This document shows positions 48,962 to 58,976 of a stretch of 64,000 nucleotides of DNA, piece after piece. Both the position numbers and the translations under genes were made by a program. Below the pieces are notes generated by a model, which made no database searches, was not told the origin of the DNA, and saw only the letters and a program-made list of their open reading frames with translations. How positions within the stretch are numbered: position 1 is the stretch's first letter; each line of letters begins with the position of its first letter. This DNA comes from Candidatus Heimdallarchaeota archaeon (lineage in GTDB: Archaea; Asgardarchaeota; Heimdallarchaeia; Heimdallarchaeales; Heimdallarchaeaceae). The stretch is taken from the NCBI GenBank assembly GCA_018238545.1, contig JABCTC010000007.1, forward strand, positions 32,087 through 96,086, given 5' to 3'.

Positions 48962-49627
48962 TCAGTTAATGGAAATGTTTTTCTCACCATCACTAACTTC
49001 ACTGATTATTTTTAATTTGATTTCTAGTATTCCATTTCTCATCGTTGCTTCTATCTTCTGTTTTTTATCAATTTCTTGCAGAATTGGTATTTTTGTATCA
49101 ATTTGCTTCTTACCATTTTCAGCAATCAATTCCAGATGATTTTTCACGAGCTTCAATTTTACTTGTTCTTTGGTAAAACCAGGAAGTTCAACAATTAAGT
49201 AGAGTTGGTTCTTATCCTTATCAAATTGTAAATCATAATCAATTTGATGTTGATTTTTTGCTTCTTGATCTGATTTTATTGGGGTTTTTTCCCCGCCTGA
49301 AGTGAGTTGAGGGGTCATTAGACCCTTGAACATTTTTTCGAAGTTTGGAAATATTTCCGCAAAACGCTCAAAAGAGCGCAAAAGAGGATTAGTGTCCCCG
49401 TCCAGCGATCTGTTCAGGTTCAAGATTCTTTCAATATAATCTGCACCAATTTCTTCAGGTATCTCTCCTATCTCACGATAGTTTTCATTACCATCAGAAT
49501 CTCGATTGTAATCATAACCATATTCTCTCTTTTCACCATTGAAATTTGTATAGAACCTTACACTTCTAAATTCATTGTTGAACATTTTACGGAATATGTC
49601 TCTGTCTTTTTCATTATTATCGTTCAT
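48962..49627 (-). CDS. Small heat shock protein Hsp20
   Basis: VELPGF.KE...ATMRNGILEI alpha-crystallin motifs. Confidence 0.88.
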   Translation of the reverse strand: MNDNNEKDRDIFRKMFNNEFRSVRFYTNFNGEKREYGYDYNRDSDGNENYREIGEIPEEIGADYIERILNLNRSLDGDTNPLLRSFERFAEIFPNFEKMFKGLMTPQLTSGGEKTPIKSDQEAKNQHQIDYDLQFDKDKNQLYLIVELPGFTKEQVKLKLVKNHLELIAENGKKQIDTKIPILQEIDKKQKIEATMRNGILEIKLKIISEVSDGEKNISIN

Positions 49628-49651
49628 AATATCTCGCCTCAATCCCTTTTT

Positions 49652-49719
49652 CAGTATAATACTGTCGGTATTGAACTACTTGTATAATACTCTCTTATGC
49701 TGATATATAAATATTTCGG
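49652..49719 (-). promoter_or_regulatory. hsp20 operon promoter (BRE/TATA 49704-49719) with repeated GTATAATAC palindromes (49652-49664, 49682-49690)
   Basis: Minus strand CCGAAA-TA-TTTATATA; CAGTATAATACTG inverted repeat plus a second core copy. Confidence 0.65.
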
Positions 49720-49765
49720 CTTCAATGCTTTTGCCGTTGCTAAACTAAATGTTGGAAAAATAGAG

Positions 49766-50449
49766 TTAATCCTTATCAAGTGCTTCTTTCAATTGCCCAT
49801 AAAGTGTATTGATCCTATCATAGAACCCCTTAGTATGATAAGTATTCACCAAACTCAAAACGTGTCTGTCATAGTGATGTCCCCATTCGTGAATCAATGT
49901 TCGAAGAAATGTTTTCGGGAAAACATATTTCTGTTTTTTAGCTGTTCTACTAAATACTGAAATGGAGTACTTTTTCTGGGTGTCACCTCTTGTTCGGTAT
50001 AATCCATAGTATTGACCCCCAGATCTAGTTAAGCGCCTCTTACCACCTGTATGCACTGTTAAATGTGGTAGATTGTACATAGAATTTAACTCAGAAAGAA
50101 GGAGATTAGAATATTTTTTGATGGCTTCATCATCACCCAGTTTTAAAGAATCACCCAACATCATGGTTGTCTTATGTAAAAGCTTGACCGACGATTTAGC
50201 GAGAGGCTTCATTGCAGCTGTTTTTGATCTTTCATAATCTTTAGATTGGGTAGCTGACCATTTCTTCTTAGCATTCCTATTTGTTGAAGTTGGTTTAGGA
50301 GGCTTTAATTTTGGTGTAGATAGTGAGTAAGGTACTCGAAATTTCAGCGTGCCTGTTTCAACTGTAACAGTTTTTCTGTTGAATCTCTTTACCACACCTG
50401 TAAGAATTTCACCTTTATAGGGAAAACTTATCCTAATTTCTTCACTCAT
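49766..50449 (-). CDS. Basic zinc metalloprotease-like protein (SprT/WLM-like) with N-terminal SH3/KOW-like domain
   Basis: TLIHEWGHH...HTKGFY; N-terminal GVVKRFNRKTVTVET. Confidence 0.7.
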   Translation of the reverse strand: MSEEIRISFPYKGEILTGVVKRFNRKTVTVETGTLKFRVPYSLSTPKLKPPKPTSTNRNAKKKWSATQSKDYERSKTAAMKPLAKSSVKLLHKTTMMLGDSLKLGDDEAIKKYSNLLLSELNSMYNLPHLTVHTGGKRRLTRSGGQYYGLYRTRGDTQKKYSISVFSRTAKKQKYVFPKTFLRTLIHEWGHHYDRHVLSLVNTYHTKGFYDRINTLYGQLKEALDKD

Positions 50450-50524
50450 ACTAATCCCCTTATTAATTTTGGAGAGAAACTGCATTTTTACTTTTTGTAA
50501 TTCTCTGATGATATTTCCAAATCA

Positions 50525-51586
50525 TCAGTGTTTTAGTTCGTCTAGCATTTTTTCTATCTCTGGAATTGATAAACCTATTTTTTCATTTAGTGATAAAAGT
50601 AAATTTTTGATGTGAAAAGCTGTTTTCTTTATCTGTTCTTTCGCTTCCTCTCTAAAACCCATTTCCTCTGGACCAAATTTAATGGTTAGAATTACTTCAA
50701 GCAATCGATAACAGATTGAAAGAATTACAAAGTAATTTATCTCTGCTGGAATTTTTCCAGATAATTGTTCATAGAATTTAAGGAATGCTTCCTTTACTTC
50801 CCTTGAAGTATACGCTTCCATAAGCATCAAAGTCCATCCCAAATCCTCTCGATAATCTCCTATATAGGCACCAGGCCAATCAATAACGAATCCCTTTCCA
50901 CTCACATCTAGAATGATATTGTGGGGATGAAAATCACTGTGTATTATGGCTACTTTTTCTAAAGAAGCTTTGTTTCTGTTTTCTTTCAACCATTTTAACA
51001 AAGGCAATAGCTCTATGACTTCATGATCTAATATCTGTTTTTCAAGTTTGTTTAATGATTTATCAATAAAGAAATACTGGTTCTCTTCTTCAGTATATTT
51101 TGTTTTATTTGCTAATATTTTCCAATTTAGCTCATGTAGTTGTATAAACAAGCTGGCAAAGGGTGGTAGAATCTTCTCAGATATGGTTTTATGATCCTTT
51201 TCTTCTAAGGCTCTTGCAAAAATTCCTCCCATATCTTTTCCTAGAATCCTTTCCATAATTATGAATGGATGTCCAAGCACTTCTTTATTAAGTTCAAGAA
51301 TATGCGTTTTGGGAACGGGATATCCTGATTCAAAGAGGTTTTGTAACACTTCAAATTCATGTTTAGTTCTTGATGCCATTTTTTTTCCTGGATACATTCT
51401 TAGAATTAGCTGTTCTATACTCTCTTCATTGTTGCTTTTTCGATAGAGCTTAAAGGCAAATAATTCCGTCTGCCAACCTTTCGCTAATGACTGAATGTCT
51501 TTAACTACGAACTTATCTTCTGAATTGTAATGCTCTTTGAAGTAATTTTCAAGAATCTTGCCTATACGTAACGCTGATAAGGTCAT
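50525..51586 (-). CDS. APH/choline kinase-like phosphotransferase
   Basis: LILRMYP, PVPK, IMERI.G, HSDFHPHN, IDW. Confidence 0.88.
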   Translation of the reverse strand: MTLSALRIGKILENYFKEHYNSEDKFVVKDIQSLAKGWQTELFAFKLYRKSNNEESIEQLILRMYPGKKMASRTKHEFEVLQNLFESGYPVPKTHILELNKEVLGHPFIIMERILGKDMGGIFARALEEKDHKTISEKILPPFASLFIQLHELNWKILANKTKYTEEENQYFFIDKSLNKLEKQILDHEVIELLPLLKWLKENRNKASLEKVAIIHSDFHPHNIILDVSGKGFVIDWPGAYIGDYREDLGWTLMLMEAYTSREVKEAFLKFYEQLSGKIPAEINYFVILSICYRLLEVILTIKFGPEEMGFREEAKEQIKKTAFHIKNLLLSLNEKIGLSIPEIEKMLDELKH

Positions 51587-51647
51587 TTGCAATCAACTAC
51601 TTGTTAATACTTTAAATAGTGAAAAAGTAGAAAAGGCTTGTGATAAA

Positions 51648-52157
51648 ATGAAGATTGTCATTTCTAAACACAATGATGGATGGACCGGTATCTTGTTGAA
51701 CAATGAGAAGCTGTTCTATACACATTATTCTTTTAAGAGCAAGGATGAATCTATTAATTATCTCTACAAAATCGCGGGTGGAGAGGTCACAGTAGAAGAA
51801 AAACACCATCCAATTATTGGTGTTATAAATGGTATAGTTGATGGAACATCGTTTGACCTTCCAGAAATAGATTTTGATTTCAGTGGATATACTGACAAAG
51901 AAGTTAGTGTGCTAAAAGCACTCCTAAAAATTCCAGCTGGAGAAGTTGTATCCTATGCAGAGTTAGGGAAACGAGCAGGAATCACAAATGCTGCGAGATT
52001 TGTAGGAAACGTTATGGCAAAAAACAGATTTGGTCCCATTGTACCCTGCCATAGAGTTATTCTGTCAGATGGACGTATGGGTAAATTTTCAGGGAAGAAA
52101 AATCATCCAATGAAAATAAAAATGTTGACACAGGAAAAAGCTGAATTTAGACTTTAA
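51648..52157 (+). CDS. ogt: Methylated-DNA--protein-cysteine methyltransferase
   Basis: IPAGEVVSYAEL, ARFVG, VPCHRV. Confidence 0.93.
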   Translation: MKIVISKHNDGWTGILLNNEKLFYTHYSFKSKDESINYLYKIAGGEVTVEEKHHPIIGVINGIVDGTSFDLPEIDFDFSGYTDKEVSVLKALLKIPAGEVVSYAELGKRAGITNAARFVGNVMAKNRFGPIVPCHRVILSDGRMGKFSGKKNHPMKIKMLTQEKAEFRL

Positions 52158-52216
52158 CTTTTTCTCTGAAAAAAATTGCTCATGGAAAGAGAGTGAATTC
52201 TCATCAATAAGAAAAT

Positions 52217-53029
52217 TCACTTACTTCCTAATTTTGTTAGTATATTTTCTACTATTTTATCAAAAGAATCTTTTGCGATCTCACTAGATAATACTGCGGG
52301 CTTTCCTATATCTCCAGCTTCACAAATAGCTGATACAAGAGGAATGCTACCCAAGAAGTTTAAAGAAAGTTGTTCTGCAAAGTTCTTTCCACCATCTTTT
52401 TTAAAGATATTAGTTACTTCTCCACAATGTGGGCAAACGAAACCAGACATATTTTCAACTATACCTATTATTGGGACTTTTGTAACCTCTGCAAAATTAA
52501 CAGATTTGCTGACATCCAATAGTGATACATCTTGAGGTGTAGTAACCACTATCATTCCATCAAGATCCTTAATTGTTTGTACAATTGATAATGGTTCATC
52601 ACTACTGCCTGGAGGTAAATCAACTATAAGAAAATCTAATTCTCCCCAATTTACTTCTGCAAGTAGCTGTTTAAGTGCCTTAATCTTCATAGGACCTCTA
52701 AAGATGATTGCTTTGCTCTTGTCTTCTAATAGAAACTCCATAGATACAACTTTCACTTTTCCTGCTTGGACTGGTACAATTCTATTATCTTCTGTTCCAG
52801 TTATTTTATCATCCTCAACTCCAAACATCAGAGGAATATTTGGTCCTGTAATATCTGCATCTAATACACCAACTTTGTATCCTTTATCAGATAGGGCCTG
52901 TGCAATATTGACTGTAACAGTTGTCTTTCCTGTTCCACCTTTGCCTGATAATACAGCTATTTTGTATTTAATTTTCGACAGCGTTTCCTCAATTTTCTTA
53001 TCTTCTTCACTTTTAACATCTAATTGCAT
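52217..53029 (-). CDS. Mrp/NBP35 Fe-S cluster carrier ATPase
   Basis: SGKGGTGKT, DADITGP, DLPPG, VTTPQ, ENMS.F.CPHC. Confidence 0.95.
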   Translation of the reverse strand: MQLDVKSEEDKKIEETLSKIKYKIAVLSGKGGTGKTTVTVNIAQALSDKGYKVGVLDADITGPNIPLMFGVEDDKITGTEDNRIVPVQAGKVKVVSMEFLLEDKSKAIIFRGPMKIKALKQLLAEVNWGELDFLIVDLPPGSSDEPLSIVQTIKDLDGMIVVTTPQDVSLLDVSKSVNFAEVTKVPIIGIVENMSGFVCPHCGEVTNIFKKDGGKNFAEQLSLNFLGSIPLVSAICEAGDIGKPAVLSSEIAKDSFDKIVENILTKLGSK

Positions 53030-53175
53030 TTGTATCCCTTTAATCTAAATCCACATTTTCTCAGATTATTTAAAAACTCAATGATATAACAATAGATTTT
53101 CCCATGTATAATCTTTTAAACCCCCATAAAACTTTGACTTGGAATAACTCTATTCCTCTTTCAAAGTGAGTGAAA

Positions 53176-54516
53176 ATGACAGAAACGAAACATGACGTTG
53201 TAATCATCGGCGCAGGAATATTTGGAATGGCTACGGCTTACCACATACTAAAAAATAATGAGAACCTGAAAGTCATGGTTGTAGACAAAGCTGCTTCTGC
53301 TGGTTCTGGTAACACAGCCCAATCAGCAGCAATGTATAGAGATACTTTTTCCTCGGAAGTAAATCTTGTTCTTAGTAGTACTACACGAGATTTCTTCAGA
53401 TATGTGCAAAATGAGTTAGGAGTGAATCTATCCTTAAAAGGCATTACTTATCTGTGGTTAATGGATAGAGTTCAGTTTGAAAGTAACAAACACGCCGTTG
53501 AATCAATGCTTGACAAAAACGTTCGTATAGAGATTCTAGATAAAGATGATATCAAGAAAAAAATACCAGATTTAGTTACAGATTTTGATAATGAAAATGT
53601 AGAATTACTAGGCTTGAAGAATATCGATTATGGCATTCTTGGACGTGATTGTGGGGAACTAGATTCTGACAAAATAACAAGAGATTTTTATGAAAATGAA
53701 TTCAAAAAACTAGGGGGAGAAACACTTTACTCAATAAGGATCAAAAATCTTGTTTTAGAACCCATTGGGGAGAAGCTAGGTATTCCAGGAGAACCTGTAG
53801 GATGGCAAGATAAGAAAATTGGATCAATTGAAACACAAGACGGTAAAAAAATTACATCAGAAATATTCATCCTTGCAACTGGTCCTTGGGCTAATGAATT
53901 ACTTCTACCAATTGGTGTCGATAGCCACTCACTGCCATTAAAGAAATCACTATTCAGAGTTCAAACACCAAGATTGGCTAGTCTTCTGGATAATAAAAAC
54001 TTCAATGAAGAGGAAACAATTCCATTTATCATATTCCCAATCCATGGGATTTATGTCAAGCCTGTGAAATATAACAACAGTGTATGGATTGGTGGAGGTT
54101 CAACAATTGGTCACCCTTATGTTATCTCTCATCCAGATACATTCGAGAAAGAAGAAAATCCATTGGATGATACACAGGCTAATCCCCGAGTTTATGAATA
54201 TGATCAATATCTTGTTCTTTCAGAATATTTACCCGTTCTAAAAAATCAACCATTAACAAACCAGTGGGCTGGTTATTATGCTATGAATACAATGGACAAA
54301 AACCCCGTAGTCTTCAAACCCAATGGTATAAAGGGTTTGATTGTCGTTACTTCTGGATCAGGTAGTGGGATAATGAAAGCAGATGCTGTGGGTAGGATTG
54401 CTGCTGCTCTTTACTGTGGAGAAGAATATGCAAAACTCTTCGGTGGTAAGGAATTCAAAGTTTCAAGACTTGGATTAAAAGCAAGAGATGTGGACAAAGA
54501 GGATTTCGTAATTTAG
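53176..54516 (+). CDS. FAD-dependent oxidoreductase (DAO/sarcosine oxidase beta-like)
   Basis: IIGAGIFG, ATGPW, WAGYY, SGSGIMKADAVG. Confidence 0.87.
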   Translation: MTETKHDVVIIGAGIFGMATAYHILKNNENLKVMVVDKAASAGSGNTAQSAAMYRDTFSSEVNLVLSSTTRDFFRYVQNELGVNLSLKGITYLWLMDRVQFESNKHAVESMLDKNVRIEILDKDDIKKKIPDLVTDFDNENVELLGLKNIDYGILGRDCGELDSDKITRDFYENEFKKLGGETLYSIRIKNLVLEPIGEKLGIPGEPVGWQDKKIGSIETQDGKKITSEIFILATGPWANELLLPIGVDSHSLPLKKSLFRVQTPRLASLLDNKNFNEEETIPFIIFPIHGIYVKPVKYNNSVWIGGGSTIGHPYVISHPDTFEKEENPLDDTQANPRVYEYDQYLVLSEYLPVLKNQPLTNQWAGYYAMNTMDKNPVVFKPNGIKGLIVVTSGSGSGIMKADAVGRIAAALYCGEEYAKLFGGKEFKVSRLGLKARDVDKEDFVI

Positions 54517-54532
54517 AATCTTCTACCTCTTT

Positions 54533-55336
54533 TCATATCTGGGGAATTTCAAAATCACATTCACTTCTAAGATTTGCTTTAAATCTGTTAACTTTGCGTT
54601 TAATCTTTTCTTCTCCTTCCTCCGTTATTTTTTCTAAATAATTCCAAAAGAGATTTTTCTCTTCTTTTTTAGTAAAATAGGTGGAAATTTGAGAACCTAT
54701 TACTACTGCAGCAGATTTTAGAACATCTATCTTAGGAACCGATTTCGAGTGAACTAAACCATAACCCTCTATTTCCATAACCTGCAATTTCTCTTTATGT
54801 TGAGGATAAACTGAGATCATATGATTAACTGTTTGACAATAGGTATCTTTTAGCTTGAGAGTATATCCAAGTTTCCTAATTTTTAAGATGTAACCTTTTT
54901 GGATTAACTCAATCTGTTTTTTTTTCATTTCATTATAACTGAATGATTTTCCTATGCTCAACCCCTCCATATTGTCTTTCATGATTTCAAAATGATTTTG
55001 GGATAATCTCTCATGAATTAATGCAAGTAGGTTATCAAGAATTGCAAGAAAATAGATTGCTATCTGATTACGCGTAAAATGTTTGTTTTCGTTAATCCTA
55101 TTCACAATTAGTAATAATTGTAAATTCTCGAACTGTGTTACTGCTTGAATAAGAAATTCTTGCGGGATATGATCTTGTAGAATTGAATTTATTTCATCTA
55201 TACAACGTTGAACACGCTCTTCTTGTCTTTCTAAAGCCTTCAAGAATTTTTCTTTAACGTTGACTTGTACATTAATTAGAGAAGAGATTAAATCCTTTTT
55301 TAATGTCTTGTTTTCTTCTCTAATGACATCTACCAT
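54533..55336 (-). CDS. Hypothetical helical protein
   Basis: 267-aa ORF with gagga SD; no recognised motif. Confidence 0.65.
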   Translation of the reverse strand: MVDVIREENKTLKKDLISSLINVQVNVKEKFLKALERQEERVQRCIDEINSILQDHIPQEFLIQAVTQFENLQLLLIVNRINENKHFTRNQIAIYFLAILDNLLALIHERLSQNHFEIMKDNMEGLSIGKSFSYNEMKKKQIELIQKGYILKIRKLGYTLKLKDTYCQTVNHMISVYPQHKEKLQVMEIEGYGLVHSKSVPKIDVLKSAAVVIGSQISTYFTKKEEKNLFWNYLEKITEEGEEKIKRKVNRFKANLRSECDFEIPQI

Positions 55337-55537
55337 TCTATATCCTCAAACACTAATCCGCAATTTCATTTATATACGCGTAAAATATTTGAAGAAAAAA
55401 TGTTGATTATGCTTATTTAAAAATGTGATTTATCAATTTTCATTCAGAATGGTTTCTAGTAAATGGAAAAACAGAAATGTGAGAAGGAGAATGAAAAAAC
55501 CTCCAACTTCACTCAAGATAATGCTCTTAACACTATT

Positions 55538-56995
55538 TTATACTAATCCTACCTTTTCGTTGAATGATTCTATTAATTCATCAATAGCAGCTGTATGTTG
55601 TTGAATCTGTTTCCAATAATTTGGATCATACCATTGTCGATTTAACTCATCAACGTGTTTTCCTTGTTGTTCTATCCAAGTATAGTACTTCAAATGATGA
55701 ATTCTTTTTCGTTGTAAGTAATTCAATTCCAGCATATTGTCCATTTTTTGCCCTTCTAGTTTTGAGTAATACGCCTTTATTGCATTATCTCGCGAAAAAT
55801 CACCTAGTTTATTTCTTGCTTCAATTAACCTCGATTGATAAAGCTCCATTGAATCTGTAAATACTGTAAAAACTACGTCATCTTCTGTTAATTCATGATA
55901 TTTGGCAAATTTGATGGCCATTAACATATTAGCAATACTTGATATTCCCAGGAGTTGGAGTTTATCAATCACATCTTCATGAATGCCAATTTCCCTTAGA
56001 TATTTGTGTCCACTAGGTTCGTTAAATAATCTCATAAGTTGGAATGTGTCATTATCATCTATAGCTATTACCATATCTGTATTCTTAACATTGTGAATCC
56101 AAGGAATATGTTTATCACCAATTCCTTCAATAGTGTGAGCGCCATAACCATTCAATAACATAGTAGGACATTGTAAAGCTTCACCAGCAGCAATCTTCAA
56201 ATGTGGATGAATTTGTTTAAGATAGTCTCCACAACCTAGAGTTCCAGCTGATCCAGAGGTTAAAACAAGACCTGCAAAGTTCTTTGAGTTATATTTTGTT
56301 TGATACACCTCATCGATTGCATGCCCTGTTATTTCATAATGCCAAAGATAATTACCAAACTCGTCGAACTGGTTAAAAACAAAAATATTCTCTCTGGTTT
56401 TTTTTAATTCCCAAACTTTGTCAAAAATTTCTTTGACATTACTCTCACTACCTGGGGTTTTAATAATCTCTCCAGCAACGGATTGAAGCCATTTAAACCT
56501 CTCTTCTGACATTTCTTCTGGAAGGATTGCAATAGATTCACATGAGAGTAATGTCGCATCATATGCTCCTCCTCGACAGTAATTTCCAGTACTGGGCCAT
56601 ACAGCCTTATGTAATATAGGATTAAATTGTCCTGTAATTAGACTAGGAACTAGACAACCAAAGGTTGCTCCAACTTTGTGTGCTCCTGTCGGGAAAAATT
56701 TTCCAACAAGTGCAATGATTCGAGCTTTTACACCAGTTAATTCAGAAGGAAGTTCAAAATAATTAACACCGTTAAATCCCCCTCCCTTTTCTACTGGCTC
56801 ATTTTTCCAGGTGATTCTAAATAGGTTTCTGGGATGAAAATCCCATAAACCTACATCTTTCAACTCTTCTAAAATGGTTGAAGATATTTTAGTTGGATCT
56901 TTTTGCTGTTCAAACGTTGGAATAATTATATTTCTATCACGCGCTCTTTTAATAGAATCTTCCAGATTTTTATCATTAATAACAAGGTCTATCAT
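55538..56995 (-). CDS. Fold-type II PLP enzyme (cysteine/threonine synthase-like)
   Basis: PTGAHKVG (PLP Lys), PSTGNY, NQF, GSAGT, IEGIG. Confidence 0.85.
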   Translation of the reverse strand: MIDLVINDKNLEDSIKRARDRNIIIPTFEQQKDPTKISSTILEELKDVGLWDFHPRNLFRITWKNEPVEKGGGFNGVNYFELPSELTGVKARIIALVGKFFPTGAHKVGATFGCLVPSLITGQFNPILHKAVWPSTGNYCRGGAYDATLLSCESIAILPEEMSEERFKWLQSVAGEIIKTPGSESNVKEIFDKVWELKKTRENIFVFNQFDEFGNYLWHYEITGHAIDEVYQTKYNSKNFAGLVLTSGSAGTLGCGDYLKQIHPHLKIAAGEALQCPTMLLNGYGAHTIEGIGDKHIPWIHNVKNTDMVIAIDDNDTFQLMRLFNEPSGHKYLREIGIHEDVIDKLQLLGISSIANMLMAIKFAKYHELTEDDVVFTVFTDSMELYQSRLIEARNKLGDFSRDNAIKAYYSKLEGQKMDNMLELNYLQRKRIHHLKYYTWIEQQGKHVDELNRQWYDPNYWKQIQQHTAAIDELIESFNEKVGLV

Positions 56996-57144
56996 TAGCA
57001 GCAATAAATATCTAACAATCTTTAATTTTTCGAAATAAGGGAAAAAAGTGAAAATAGTATTAAAACCTAGAATAAATATTTAGAAAAGTCTTTAATTTAC
57101 TGTTTTCCTTTAAGTTATCCATTTGAGATACGAGCTGAAAAAGA

Positions 57145-58902
57145 ATGTCTATTAGTAAACAAAGTCAAGACAATATTTGGATGAATTTGGAGAGACTTAA
57201 ATCTGATATCGTTAAGAAATATGAATCAAAAACTCCTACTTCAAAGAAACATTTTGAAGAAGCTAAGAAGTGGCTTCCTGGAGGAGGCACAAGAAATGTT
57301 GCCCATTTTTTCCCTTATCCTTTTTTCGTTGTTAAAGGCGAAGGTTGTTATCTTTTCGATGCTGATGGCAATGAGTATATTGATGTTCTGAACAGCATGA
57401 CTGTTAATATTCATGGTCATGCTCATCCTGAAATAGTGAAAGCTATGCAGAAACAAGCAAGTAAAGGAACTGCACACGCAGCACCTATGGAACTCCAATA
57501 TGAACTTGCAAAGATTATTTGTGATAGAACTCCTTCTATTGAATTGATGAGATTTTGCAACTCAGGTACAGAAGCAACTATGTTCGCAATTAGAGCAGCA
57601 AGAGAATATACTGGGAAAGACAAAATAATCAAAACTGAAGGAGGTTATCACGGTTCTCACGATTACGTTGAAGTTAATATTACGCCCAATCTTACGGCTG
57701 AAGATATTCCGATAAAATCTGTGGAAAAAGGTGTACCTGAAACAATTCTCCAAGATGTTTTCATTGTACCCTACAATGATTTGAAAACTACTGAGAAAAT
57801 AATGAAAAAACACCATAAGAAAATCGCGGCAATGATTCTTGAACCTATGCTGGGATCGGGTGGAGGCGCAATCGCTACTAAAGAATATCTTCAAGGTTTA
57901 CGTAAATTGACAAAGAAATATAATATATTACTCATTTTCGATGAGGTCATTACTTTCCGTATCTCTACAGGTGGTATTCAGAAATATTATGGTGTAACTC
58001 CTGATCTAACAGCTCTTGGAAAGACAATAGGTGGGGGATTACCTGTCGGAGCTTTTGGTGGAAAACATGAAATAATCGATCAATTTAATCCAACTAAGAA
58101 GGAATTTATCACTCATTCTGGAACATTTAGTGGAAATGCAATGACCATGGTAGCTGGTAAAGCAGCAATGGAATTGTACACTGAATCTGAAGTTGAAAGA
58201 TTGACAAAATTAGGTGATCGATTAAAAAAGGGTTTACGAAAAGTACTGGATGAACTTGAAATCAAAGGTCAAGTTAGTGGATTACAATCTCTAGTTTATG
58301 TATACCTATTTGATGAACCAGTAGTAAATGCACGACAAACTGTTTTCAAACTTATTCCAACGCTAAATTTCTCAAAGTACTTAACTCTTGCATTAGCAAT
58401 AAATGGCATTTATGCAGTTTCTAGGGGAATAACAGCTTTTATTTTATCAACTCCCATGGATGAGAGAGTTGTTGATGAAATAATTTCCAGATACAAGAAA
58501 GCAATGCTAATGGTGTTACCATTGTATAATCAAAGTAAGGTTTACGAAGGCTTCGCATCTATCATTTTTGCTATGCTTAAATCTTTAAACACCAATCCTG
58601 AGTTTCTTAAAAAGCATAAGAATGATAATTACTCTTTGCTTCTAGTGGCTAAAGAAGACCCTAAGGCTATTAAACTGAAAATACAAAACGGTCTTATAGC
58701 TTTTGAGCAAATTGAAAATTCCAAGACAAACATCAAACAAGCTAAAAAAGAATGTGAAGGCGCTATAATAACAACTACCGCTACTTTTATCGGATTTGGA
58801 TCAGGACAAGTGAATCCAATTGGAGCTATCCTAACTGGAAAACTGAAGATAAAGGGATTAAAGTACATTCAAATGTTTACAAAATACTTCAAACTACTTT
58901 GA
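57145..58902 (+). CDS. Class III aminotransferase (GSA-mutase-like) fused to a C-terminal SCP2 lipid-binding domain
   Basis: DADGNEYID, FCNSGTEA, GGYHG, FDEVIT, LGKTIGGGLPVGAFGG; tail GQVNPIGAILTGKLKIKG. Confidence 0.85.
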   Translation: MSISKQSQDNIWMNLERLKSDIVKKYESKTPTSKKHFEEAKKWLPGGGTRNVAHFFPYPFFVVKGEGCYLFDADGNEYIDVLNSMTVNIHGHAHPEIVKAMQKQASKGTAHAAPMELQYELAKIICDRTPSIELMRFCNSGTEATMFAIRAAREYTGKDKIIKTEGGYHGSHDYVEVNITPNLTAEDIPIKSVEKGVPETILQDVFIVPYNDLKTTEKIMKKHHKKIAAMILEPMLGSGGGAIATKEYLQGLRKLTKKYNILLIFDEVITFRISTGGIQKYYGVTPDLTALGKTIGGGLPVGAFGGKHEIIDQFNPTKKEFITHSGTFSGNAMTMVAGKAAMELYTESEVERLTKLGDRLKKGLRKVLDELEIKGQVSGLQSLVYVYLFDEPVVNARQTVFKLIPTLNFSKYLTLALAINGIYAVSRGITAFILSTPMDERVVDEIISRYKKAMLMVLPLYNQSKVYEGFASIIFAMLKSLNTNPEFLKKHKNDNYSLLLVAKEDPKAIKLKIQNGLIAFEQIENSKTNIKQAKKECEGAIITTTATFIGFGSGQVNPIGAILTGKLKIKGLKYIQMFTKYFKLL

Positions 58903-58976
58903 TAAACATTTTTTCTCTTTTGTTTTGAAAAATATACTAGTAATTTATTTAATAGTATTTTTCTTCAATGTTTATC

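Noticed and set aside
57145-58902. Calling the gene hemL
   Set aside because: Extra SCP2-like domain and no tetrapyrrole gene context.
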